Below, one piece after another: positions 39,042 through 47,727 of a stretch of DNA of 64,000 nucleotides. The notes under the pieces were generated by a model that was not told the origin of the DNA, did not search any database, and saw nothing but the letters and a program-made list of their open reading frames with translations. This stretch comes from Microcoleus sp. (lineage in GTDB: Bacteria > Cyanobacteriota > Cyanobacteriia > Cyanobacteriales > Microcoleaceae). The stretch's first letter is position 1. The number at the start of each line of letters is the position of its first letter. The DNA is taken from the NCBI GenBank assembly GCA_052279835.1, contig CP181291.1, positions 4,416,001-4,480,000 of the forward strand, given 5' to 3'. A program made the translations under genes and the position numbers.

Positions 39042-40478
39042 CTAAGAGCCGCTATAGTTTCGATCTAACGACTCACTGTCCCTATTCTTAATGAGGTTGA
39101 CTGATAGTTGAGATTTTACATCATCCCACTCAGCGACATACTTTTGATAAAGTCTAATTAACTTGCTCTGCATATCAAGAGTGGTCAACTTTTCTACGAC
39201 TGAACATCGATCGACAATATCATCTAGTCTAGGAAATTTACGAGTTAACGCTTCCCACTGAATCTCATGTGGATTAGGTCGATTGAGTAAGCATCGTAGC
39301 GTCTCAACTTGTGCGAGCATATGTCGTAAACTCTCACTTGGATCTTTCGCTGGTGAATAATTTCCATGTAATATTAGATATCGAGTCTTATCCTCTATTG
39401 TAGCAGCACTAAGAGCTTGTCGTCGTAAAAGGCAAGAGGAGCAATATCCACACTGATTGATAATATGTCTGTGGGGGCTGTCGCATGACTTTGTTTGCGA
39501 AGATAGTCTACCCGTCACGTCTTCTGCTAATATCTGACACATTTCAGATTTAGTTGAGAATAGGAATGGATTCCAGACCCGAAATGCCTCTCCTAGAAGC
39601 TCTGAAATGAGATCGCTCACTTTCAGCAAAGTCAATGGATGAACCGATCTGGTGTGATCTAATCCCAACGCAGATTCACGATATGGAAGATTAATTGCAC
39701 CAGTTCCGTTTTCATAAAAGCAAAGCTCTTGTCGCCCCATTAAAGATGCACAGGCAGCACCCAGCATCGCAAATACAACACCTCTTGCGCGGGTAATTTT
39801 GTTTTTTCTAACTGCATTGCTATCAAAGAAGCGAATTGGAACTCGGTATAAAGTACAACGATTTGGAAAAATATATCTAATTTGTTTTTCTGTATCTTCC
39901 TGTAGCTTGTGAACGTTAACATTACCTCCAGTGCCAAAAAGTAAAAATGACTTTTCTGGATGCGATCGCAAACGTTGATAGAGACCAGCAAAGGCATCAA
40001 GACCACCACTCCACATAGCCACTTCACAATCCTGAGATGCTACGGGCAAAGATGGTTGGCGAACAACAGAACGTTCTGAATCTGATCTCTTTTGGAAGTC
40101 AAAAAACCATAGACTTCCAGTAGCCCATTCAAGCAAATTTTCTAGCTGAGATCGAAATAATTCAGTATTCATTATTTCAGGATGACGGACTGCTAGTTTT
40201 ACATAAATGCGACTTTGATCTTGGCGTAGATTTTGAAATGCAAGACGATCTGCGAAATGGATTGCAACAGCCAGATCGATTAGATCGGCAACTACAGATG
40301 GAAACTCTTGCTTAACTCGATAGTTGAATTCTTGATCGTCTATCGCAATTCCAATAGAACTCTCCTTTTTAGTAGCATGATCTGTAAACTGAATACACCC
40401 ATTATTATTTATCCCAGAGCCAAAATCTAGTGTGTAATCACTATCGTGAGCATGAAATTCCTTCTTCATTGTTAGCAT
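39042..40478 (-). CDS. QueC-family (7-cyano-7-deazaguanine synthase / QatC-like) PP-loop protein
   Basis: SGGLDA PP-loop, ENG, TRSVHP, NPFLFSTKSEM, SCD...CGYCSSCLLRR Zn site; 478 aa, much longer than housekeeping QueC. Confidence 0.85.
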   Translation of the reverse strand: MLTMKKEFHAHDSDYTLDFGSGINNNGCIQFTDHATKKESSIGIAIDDQEFNYRVKQEFPSVVADLIDLAVAIHFADRLAFQNLRQDQSRIYVKLAVRHPEIMNTELFRSQLENLLEWATGSLWFFDFQKRSDSERSVVRQPSLPVASQDCEVAMWSGGLDAFAGLYQRLRSHPEKSFLLFGTGGNVNVHKLQEDTEKQIRYIFPNRCTLYRVPIRFFDSNAVRKNKITRARGVVFAMLGAACASLMGRQELCFYENGTGAINLPYRESALGLDHTRSVHPLTLLKVSDLISELLGEAFRVWNPFLFSTKSEMCQILAEDVTGRLSSQTKSCDSPHRHIINQCGYCSSCLLRRQALSAATIEDKTRYLILHGNYSPAKDPSESLRHMLAQVETLRCLLNRPNPHEIQWEALTRKFPRLDDIVDRCSVVEKLTTLDMQSKLIRLYQKYVAEWDDVKSQLSVNLIKNRDSESLDRNYSGS

Positions 40479-41095
40479 AGGTCTTCATCCATATCTACTG
40501 GATTTACTTTACGGCGTGGTAGTCGTAATTTGGTTACACTTCCATCGATATTTGCCTTATTTGCCCAATTACCGATCGCAGAAACAACCGCAGGCTGAAT
40601 TTCTTGAATTAGTTGTTTAAGAGTTCGATCATTCATCCCTCCAAGATGTTCATCGGTTAGTGGTATACGACCATGAAATCCTGATTCCAGCACTGTGGTC
40701 ATGTATTGCCCCAAAATTGCTTCCGAAATACTATTAGCAGTTAATCCGCGATCGTTACCATACCTAAGCTCATGTAGGAAACTCTTTCCAGCGCAAAGAA
40801 TAAGCTCCTTAACGTCATGCCTTCCATCAACTTGAAGTATTTTTTCTATTTCCCTATTCGCAATACCCCAGTCAACAGAGTTATTCCCGCCCGCGATTTC
40901 AATAACCTGGGACAACCTTTCACCCATCTGTTGGGCAACAACGATTGGTAGATTGCCTTTTTTTTGAAGATCTTGCTTCAGTGCTGAGATCGCCATCCGA
41001 GTACACTCATCGATACTCGCTTTCCCCTCACAGAGCGACTCATATAGCTTTTTATAGTACCCAAGCTCATTGCGGAAAATATCTCCATCAGCCAT
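40472..41095 (-). CDS. hypothetical helical protein, first gene of the QueC cassette
   Basis: 207-aa ORF with a GGAG RBS; its stop overlaps the QueC-like start. Confidence 0.8.
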   Translation of the reverse strand: MADGDIFRNELGYYKKLYESLCEGKASIDECTRMAISALKQDLQKKGNLPIVVAQQMGERLSQVIEIAGGNNSVDWGIANREIEKILQVDGRHDVKELILCAGKSFLHELRYGNDRGLTANSISEAILGQYMTTVLESGFHGRIPLTDEHLGGMNDRTLKQLIQEIQPAVVSAIGNWANKANIDGSVTKLRLPRRKVNPVDMDEDLC

Positions 41096-41133
41096 GTTCC
41101 GTGCTCCAAAAATAGGAGTTTGCTTACACCGTC

Positions 41134-41202
41134 ACTTTAGAGCATTAACCTGACATTGTCAATGGTTAAGAAGAAAAAAGCTATAAAATGTCAGGTTAAT
41201 GC
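41134..41202 (-). promoter_or_regulatory. sigma70-type promoter (TTGACA-N17-TAAAGT) with 16-bp inverted-repeat operator
   Basis: -35 at 41162-41157, -10 at 41139-41134; GCATTAACCTGACATT (41142-41157) and AATGTCAGGTTAATGC (41187-41202). Confidence 0.7.
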
Positions 41203-41269
41203 GTAAGCCGATCGACTGTATTCGCGGTCAAAGTCTCTACAACCTAATATCTAGTGAAGATCTAAGAGG

Positions 41270-41521
41270 TCTCCGAGTGAACCCCTCCATAGCGATGCTA
41301 GCCCGTTTCCCTGGATCGATCCGGTTTTAGGGGAGAAAGCCGCGATCGATAACTTACCGGCCAGAAGTGATGCACCGAAGGTTTCCCCCTCACCTGACAT
41401 TGTTCCGGCTGAAGGTTGGGTACTGAATGCTACGGGGAACGTGACTCTTGTTGGATACAATTCTGGTGGTGCGGTTTCTGCTCGTGGCGTAAAACCTAGA
41501 AGTGTTTGCATACCCCGATAG
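41270..41521 (+). pseudogene. C-terminal remnant of a filamentous haemagglutinin-like (TpsA) gene
   Basis: SPSEPLHSDASPFPWID...DIVPAEGWVLNATGNVTLVGYNS...SVCIPR* aligns with the C-terminus of 41627..44722; no start codon, in-frame stop at 41255. Confidence 0.85.
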
Positions 41522-41626
41522 GTGTTCTTCACTGCTTTATGTCAATTGGGGTGCCACGAGCCAGCTCATAGTTGACTGTTGACTGGAAGTCAAACAACTG
41601 AAAACTTCTAAATATTTGGTGGTACC

Positions 41627-44600
41627 ATGATTCTACTTGATAATTCCGATCGGCGAATTAACACGATGGAAGCTATGGCGGTTCTCAAAAAAGTGAGATA
41701 TGCCCGATGCCCGATAGCACCTCATGTTACTGAGACAAGCTATAGATCTCGCCTATTTTATTCCCTGGTTTTTATTTGCTTACTACTCTTGCCCTCGAAA
41801 ACCTGTGCCCAAATTACCCCAGACAATACTTTGGGTTCTGAAAGCTCTCGCACAGTTTCCGATACGATCGATAACTTACCAAGCGATCGCATTGAAGGCG
41901 GCGCAACACGAGGCTCAAATCTCTTTCACAGTTTCCGAGAATTCAACATCCGTGAAGGCAGGGGAGCTTATTTTACCAACCCCAAAGGCATTACTAATAT
42001 TTTCACCCGCGTCACCGGCAACAATTCCTCCAATATTTTAGGCACATTAGGAGTCCAGGGAAGCGCCAACTTATTTTTAATTAACCCAAAAGGAATTGTC
42101 TTCGGTCCTAACGCTCGGTTAGATTTACGGGGTTCATTTATCGGTTCAACTGCTGAAAGTATAGTATTTAATAACGGCTTTGAATTCAGCAGTACGAAAC
42201 CCCAAATATCGCCACTATTAACCGTAAATATTCCCGTGGGTTTGAGATTTCGCGACAACCCCGGTACAATTGTCAACCAATCAACAGCGACTGGAGTAGT
42301 AAACCAGCCACCAGCTTCGTCGGTTCAAATTCCGATTACCAATCAAGTCGGTTTAGCCGTAGACCCCGGTCAAACCTTAGCCTTAGTTGGTGGCGATATC
42401 CACGTTAATAGTGGTGTATTAACAGCTAACAGCGGACAAATAATCCTTGGTAGTGTCGCCACTTCCGGTTTAGTTAATTTGGGTTCAACTCCCTTTGGTC
42501 TAAGTTTTAATTATGACAATATTCAAAATTTCGGTAACATCAACATATCCGCAGGTAGTCTGATTAATACTAGCGGAATGGGAGGCGGTAAAATTGATAT
42601 GAGAGGTGAAAATATTACCGTCAGTAATTCCAGAATTTATGGGCTGACCCTGGGCAATATTGATAGTAGAGGCATCGATATTAATTCCCAAAATTTGCAA
42701 ATCAAGGATGGGACGCAAATTTCTACCCTCACCCTAGGCAATGGTGCGGGGGGAAATATCAACATTTTTGCTAGGGATTCAGTAGACATGAGCGGACTGG
42801 GAGTAGAGGGTTATCAACAGGTTGTAATTAAGTATTTAATATCAGGAACTGTAGACCCCTTTGACCCACAATTTGCTTTGTTTAATGGTACTTCTGGTAG
42901 TGGATCTGGGGGGAGTATTACCATTGATACTGGTAGGCTGCTGATGCGTAATGGCCTCACCGGTAGTGGGATCACCCTTGGTGCTGGAAATGGTGGCAAT
43001 CTCAATATCCGTGCCAATACTTTTGAGATGGTGGGTTCTGGAATTAACAACGCCACAGCTAAAGATAGTAGCGGTGCAGGAGGAAGTATTAATCTGGATG
43101 TTGAAAGGTTAATTATGCGTGATGGTTCTCTGCTGGGTAGCACGAGTTATAGTGATGGGCGATCGGGAAATATTAATGTGAAAGCTAGGGAATCTGTAGA
43201 ATTGTCCAATACTGGACCGAGAACTGCTGTATCAACGGGAATCAGCACTTTGAGTATCGGTGCTAATGGAAATGCAGGAGATATTAATGTTGACACCAAG
43301 CGATTGAGTCTTTCAGATGGCTCTGCTTTCACCTTGGGAACGGGTGTATTAGTGGGCAGGTTTCTGTTTTCCAGAAATGGCGGTCCCGCTGGAAATTTAA
43401 GAGTTAGGGCGAGTGAATCAGTAGAAATTTCAGGGATTTCTCAGCTTTTGACTAGCGGGAATCAAAATGCTAGTGCCTTCACTTCCGCCACTTTGAGTTC
43501 GAGTCGGGGCGGGAATATCCGGGTTGATACGCCGAGGTTGACGGTGCGGGATGGGGGGATAATTTCTACGAGTTCTTTGGGTGTGGGAAATGTGGGTGAT
43601 ATTACGATTAATGCCGATCGCATCGAAGTAGTTGGTAGTGGCAATAACGGTCTATTTATTAGTGAAATAGATGCTTCTGTGGGTAAAGTGTTTGGTAATA
43701 ATGCCGAGGCGACAGCAAATGCAGGTTCGGTGAATCTCAATACCCGTCAATTGAGCGTGCGGGATGGAGCGACGGTGACGGTTTTGGCTAGAGGAACTGG
43801 ACGGGCTGGTAATATCAATGTGGTAGCAGATTCAATTTCTCTTGATAACAAAGGCCGTATTGATGGTACTACTGTCTCTGGTACGGGAGCGAATATTAAC
43901 CTACAAGCACAAAGCATCCGGTTGCGACGTGGTAGCCGAATTACTACGGATGCGGGTACTTCCGAGGGCGGTAACATTAACCTCCGAGGCGACATTCTAG
44001 TGGCTCTCCCAGGGGAAAATAGCGATATCACGGCTAATGCTCGCACAGCTCAAGGTGGCCGTGTGAATGTCAACGTACCCACTGTCTTGGGATTTAGGGC
44101 TGTGGGCCGGGAAGAGGTTAGAAACAGTTTGGGGTTGACAGATGCTCAATTTTCACAGTTACAGGTAAGCCCTACTTCCTTGATTTCTACTAGCGACATT
44201 GCGGCTATTTCTCAAACTGGAGGTCCGGCTTTGCAAGGGACTGTCACATTTAGTTCTTCTGGGGTGAATCCTGCTCAAGGGTTGGTGGAATTGCCACAAA
44301 ATATTACCAATCCGTCGCAGTTAATTGCTACTAATCCCTGTCTCCAAGGGGCCCAGAACGAGTTTATTGTGACTGGTAAAGGGGGTGTGCCACCTAGTCC
44401 TAATGATACTCTCAGCAGCGAATCAGTGCCGTTTGCATGGGTGGATTTTACTCAAGGAAGTAGAACTCCCCCCAACTCCCCTCAAGGGGGGAATGAAGAA
44501 GGGAGAATTACCCCCCCCTACCCCCCCCAAGGGGGGAATGAAGAAGGGAGAATCAGCTCCCCCTACCCTCAAGGGGGGAATGAAGAAGAGAAGAGGAAAG

Positions 44601-44722
44601 AAGTTGTTCCGGCGCAAGGTTGGGTGATGAATTCTCAGGGGGATGTGATGCTGGTTGGGTACAATTCTGCAAATACCACTTCACGGATTCTTCGGCAGAA
44701 TCCTGTTTGTATACCACGTTGA
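41627..44722 (+). CDS. filamentous haemagglutinin family (TpsA) secreted protein
   Basis: AQITPDNTLG, NLFHSFREF, NLFLINPKGIVFG TPS domain; G/N-rich beta-helix repeats; exact start uncertain. Confidence 0.93.
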   Translation: MILLDNSDRRINTMEAMAVLKKVRYARCPIAPHVTETSYRSRLFYSLVFICLLLLPSKTCAQITPDNTLGSESSRTVSDTIDNLPSDRIEGGATRGSNLFHSFREFNIREGRGAYFTNPKGITNIFTRVTGNNSSNILGTLGVQGSANLFLINPKGIVFGPNARLDLRGSFIGSTAESIVFNNGFEFSSTKPQISPLLTVNIPVGLRFRDNPGTIVNQSTATGVVNQPPASSVQIPITNQVGLAVDPGQTLALVGGDIHVNSGVLTANSGQIILGSVATSGLVNLGSTPFGLSFNYDNIQNFGNINISAGSLINTSGMGGGKIDMRGENITVSNSRIYGLTLGNIDSRGIDINSQNLQIKDGTQISTLTLGNGAGGNINIFARDSVDMSGLGVEGYQQVVIKYLISGTVDPFDPQFALFNGTSGSGSGGSITIDTGRLLMRNGLTGSGITLGAGNGGNLNIRANTFEMVGSGINNATAKDSSGAGGSINLDVERLIMRDGSLLGSTSYSDGRSGNINVKARESVELSNTGPRTAVSTGISTLSIGANGNAGDINVDTKRLSLSDGSAFTLGTGVLVGRFLFSRNGGPAGNLRVRASESVEISGISQLLTSGNQNASAFTSATLSSSRGGNIRVDTPRLTVRDGGIISTSSLGVGNVGDITINADRIEVVGSGNNGLFISEIDASVGKVFGNNAEATANAGSVNLNTRQLSVRDGATVTVLARGTGRAGNINVVADSISLDNKGRIDGTTVSGTGANINLQAQSIRLRRGSRITTDAGTSEGGNINLRGDILVALPGENSDITANARTAQGGRVNVNVPTVLGFRAVGREEVRNSLGLTDAQFSQLQVSPTSLISTSDIAAISQTGGPALQGTVTFSSSGVNPAQGLVELPQNITNPSQLIATNPCLQGAQNEFIVTGKGGVPPSPNDTLSSESVPFAWVDFTQGSRTPPNSPQGGNEEGRITPPYPPQGGNEEGRISSPYPQGGNEEEKRKEVVPAQGWVMNSQGDVMLVGYNSANTTSRILRQNPVCIPR
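44465..44590. repeat. three in-frame G/C-palindromic repeats in the tpsA tail
   Basis: CCCC...CAAGGGGGGAATGAAGAAG three times, encoding PQGGNEE. Confidence 0.8.
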
Positions 44723-44793
44723 AAGTATGTTTTCTTCTACGGCAGATTGACGTTAATTTACGCAAATTACCAATTAACAATTAACAATTACCT

Positions 44794-47409
44794 ATGAAAT
44801 TTACTCGATCGCTCCGTCAAGCAATTTTGTTATTTTTAATGTCTTGTTTGTTGGCAATTGCTATTCCTCCTGCTGTTGCTCAAGTTCAGCCGAAAGATGG
44901 GATGCAGCTTGTTCGACAAGCTCGCAGTCTTTATGATGCGGAACGGTTTTCCCAGGTGGTGCCGCTTTTACAGCAAGCTGCGGTGGTGTTTGAGGCGAAA
45001 GGACAAAATCTGGATCGAGCTACGGCTTTGAGCAATTTGGCTGCAACTTTTGGACAACTGAATGACTGGGAGCAGGCTGAAGTTGCTATTAATTCGAGTT
45101 TGTCACTGGTGCGTCAGTTGCCGAAAACGATTGAACAGCAGCGGGTTTTGGGTCAAAGTCTGAATATTCAAGGACAACTGCAACTGGAACGGGGACGGAC
45201 TCAGGAGGCGATCGATATTTGGACTGAATCTGCTAAAATTTTTGACGAAATTCAGGCTAAAGACCAGTTGTTTCAAATTCAAATTAATCAAAGTAGGGCT
45301 TGGGAAACTCTGGGACTTTATCCGAGAGCTTGCAAAATTTTGTTGGATTATTTTAAGTTGGAACACACAACTTGTGAGGTTTCAAGTGCCAGTTTGGCAA
45401 GTTTGAAAAATCAGCGGATTTCGCCGGAAAATATTCGGGGAATTAATGCTTTAGGTAGGGTGCTGCGGGTTTTGGGAAAACTGGATCGATCGCAGGAGAT
45501 TCTTTTAGTAGGACTTGAATCGGCACAAAAGTTGGGACTCAGACAAGAGGAGGCTCAAATCGATCTTAATCTTGGTAATACGGAACGGGCTAAAAGTAAT
45601 ATAGCTGGTTTAAGCCCTCAACAACGGGATAATAGCGAGCGATCGGCTCTTTCGTATTATGCTCGATCGGCAGATAGAAGTGCGGGGGCATCGCCCCTAG
45701 GGATGCAGGCAAAGTTGAACCAGTTGAGTCTGTTGGTAGAGCGCGAAAATTGGTCGGAAGCAGGGATTTTGTGGCGATCGATCCAACCTCAAGTCGATGG
45801 ATTGTCGTGGAATCGCGCCGGAATTTATGCTCGAATTAATCTGGCAGAAAGTTTGCTCAAATTGGATCGGTTTCCGATCGCGACTCCGGGTTTGAGCGAT
45901 ATTGACAAAATGCTCAAAGCCGCTTTGGAACCGGCAAACCGTTTGGGCGATAAGCGGATACAAGCTTATATTCTGGGAGCTCGTGGGAAGCTGTACGAAC
46001 TCCAGCATCAGCATTCTCTAGCTGAAACTCTGACTATACAAGCTTTGAGTTTAGTGCCAGCGTTTCAGTCTCCCGATATTGCTTACCAATTATTGTGGCA
46101 ACTCGGACGGATTCGGAAGGCCGAGGGCAATCTGGAAGGGGCGATCGCCCAATATACTCAAGCTGTGAATGTACTGTCTTCTCTGCGCGGAGATTTGGTG
46201 ACGGTTAATCCAGAAGTGCAATTTTCGTTTCGCGAAAGTGCCGAACCGGTTTATCGCCAATTGGTCGAACTTTTGTTGCAAGAGGAATCTCCCAGTCAAG
46301 ATAAGTTAAAGCTGGCTCGCCAAACAGTTGAATCTTTGCAGTTGGCAGAATTGGATAACTTTTTTCGCGATGCTTGTGCTGATGCTAAACCAAAGTCGAT
46401 CGAGGAAATCGATCCTAGGGCGGCGGTGATTTATCCGATTATTTTGAGCGATCGTTTGGAGGTGATTTTGTCTATTCCTGGTAAACCCCTGCGTCGCTAC
46501 AGCACTAAGAAGACTCAGGCAGATTTGGAAACTGCTTTCAGAGAAGCTAAAAATGTCATCAGACCTGCTGCTTTTCCGCGAGATAGGTTGCGGCCTGTTC
46601 AACAAGTTTATGACTGGTTAATCCGCCCTGCGGAGGCGGATTTGACTGCTAGCGGGATTAAAACTTTAGTATTTGTACTGGATGGCTATTTGCGAAATTT
46701 GCCGATGGCGATTCTCCATGACGGTGAAAGGTTTCTGCTGGAAAAATACAGCATTGCCTTGGCGCCGGGACTGCAATTGCTTGCTCCCAAACCTCTGAGC
46801 ACCGTCAAGTTAAAAGTGTTAACGGCCGCCCTCTCAGAAGCTCGTCAAGGCTTTGCGGCTTTGCCGGGGGTTACTGAGGAAATTCAGCTAATTGCAGATC
46901 AGATGCCAGCAACTCGACTGCTGAATCAAGAGTTTGTGAGCGGTAAGTTGCAAGCTCGAATTAAAGAGGTGTCCTACCCGATCGTGCATTTGGCAACTCA
47001 TGGACAGTTTAGTTCCAATGCAGCGGATACTTTTATTGTGACTTGGGACCAGAAAGTGAATGTCAAGGAGTTCGATCGACTGTTGCGATCGCGCAGTGCC
47101 CAAACACAACAGGCGATCGAACTTTTGGTGTTGAGTGCTTGCGAAACTGCTTCGGGGGATAGTCGCGCGACTTTAGGTTTGGCTGGGGCTGCAATTCGAT
47201 CGGGTGCCCGCAGCACTGTGGCGACTCTTTGGCAAGTCAATGACGAATCTACTGCTATATTTATGGCTGAGTTCTATCGCCAACTGGCTTTGCCTAAAAT
47301 TAGCAAAGTGGAAGCTCTCCGCAATGCTCAATTAGCCCTGCTCAACAACCCACTGTATAAAAATCCCTATTTCTGGGCACCTTTTGTACTTGTGGGGAAT
47401 TGGCAATAA
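44794..47409 (+). CDS. TPR + CHAT (caspase-like) domain protein
   Basis: Signal peptide, TPRs, HLATHG and LSACET catalytic dyad, PYFWAPFVLVGNW. Confidence 0.95.
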   Translation: MKFTRSLRQAILLFLMSCLLAIAIPPAVAQVQPKDGMQLVRQARSLYDAERFSQVVPLLQQAAVVFEAKGQNLDRATALSNLAATFGQLNDWEQAEVAINSSLSLVRQLPKTIEQQRVLGQSLNIQGQLQLERGRTQEAIDIWTESAKIFDEIQAKDQLFQIQINQSRAWETLGLYPRACKILLDYFKLEHTTCEVSSASLASLKNQRISPENIRGINALGRVLRVLGKLDRSQEILLVGLESAQKLGLRQEEAQIDLNLGNTERAKSNIAGLSPQQRDNSERSALSYYARSADRSAGASPLGMQAKLNQLSLLVERENWSEAGILWRSIQPQVDGLSWNRAGIYARINLAESLLKLDRFPIATPGLSDIDKMLKAALEPANRLGDKRIQAYILGARGKLYELQHQHSLAETLTIQALSLVPAFQSPDIAYQLLWQLGRIRKAEGNLEGAIAQYTQAVNVLSSLRGDLVTVNPEVQFSFRESAEPVYRQLVELLLQEESPSQDKLKLARQTVESLQLAELDNFFRDACADAKPKSIEEIDPRAAVIYPIILSDRLEVILSIPGKPLRRYSTKKTQADLETAFREAKNVIRPAAFPRDRLRPVQQVYDWLIRPAEADLTASGIKTLVFVLDGYLRNLPMAILHDGERFLLEKYSIALAPGLQLLAPKPLSTVKLKVLTAALSEARQGFAALPGVTEEIQLIADQMPATRLLNQEFVSGKLQARIKEVSYPIVHLATHGQFSSNAADTFIVTWDQKVNVKEFDRLLRSRSAQTQQAIELLVLSACETASGDSRATLGLAGAAIRSGARSTVATLWQVNDESTAIFMAEFYRQLALPKISKVEALRNAQLALLNNPLYKNPYFWAPFVLVGNWQ

Positions 47410-47451
47410 TCTAAGATGGGCATCGGGAATTGGGAATGGGGCATCAACCGC

Positions 47452-47645
47452 TGTACCCTGAGCGTAGTCGAAGGGTTCATCAACTGACCCTTCGACCCTT
47501 CGACTACGCTGGCTGACGGCGCTCCGCTCAGGGACAACGCTTTGCTCAGAGCATTGTCACACTGACAACTAACCCTTCGACTCCGCTCAGGGTACAGCAA
47601 TGGTGAACAGTCAACTGCCAACTGTCAACTGCCAACTGTCAACTA
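47452..47645. repeat. palindromic dispersed repeats (CCCTGAGCGTAGTCGAAGGG type) and (CAACTG[TC])n tandem run
   Basis: Inverted copies CCCTTCGACTCCGCTCAGGGTAC; related copies near 3336-3352 and 24731-24786. Confidence 0.8.
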
Positions 47646-47727
47646 ACTCAAATACGCTTAGTTTTTTGTTAAAGTTTGTAAACTGTTAAAAGTGCTTTAC
47701 GCATTTGATATTTTTCCGAGGATTTCT

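Noticed and set aside
39042..41095. Calling the cassette QatABCD, type IV CBASS or housekeeping queC
   Set aside because: No QatA ATPase, TatD, CD-NTase, TGT or queD/E/F genes nearby; the length and partner genes differ.
37089..41260. Terminal repeats or att sites bounding the QueC cassette
   Set aside because: Only a short TAGGTTG/CAACCTA match that resembles common dispersed repeats; no convincing duplication and no recombinase.
41251..41532. 93-aa minus-strand ORF as a fifth cassette gene
   Set aside because: It is antisense to the tpsA remnant, which explains the sequence, and lies upstream of the cassette promoter.
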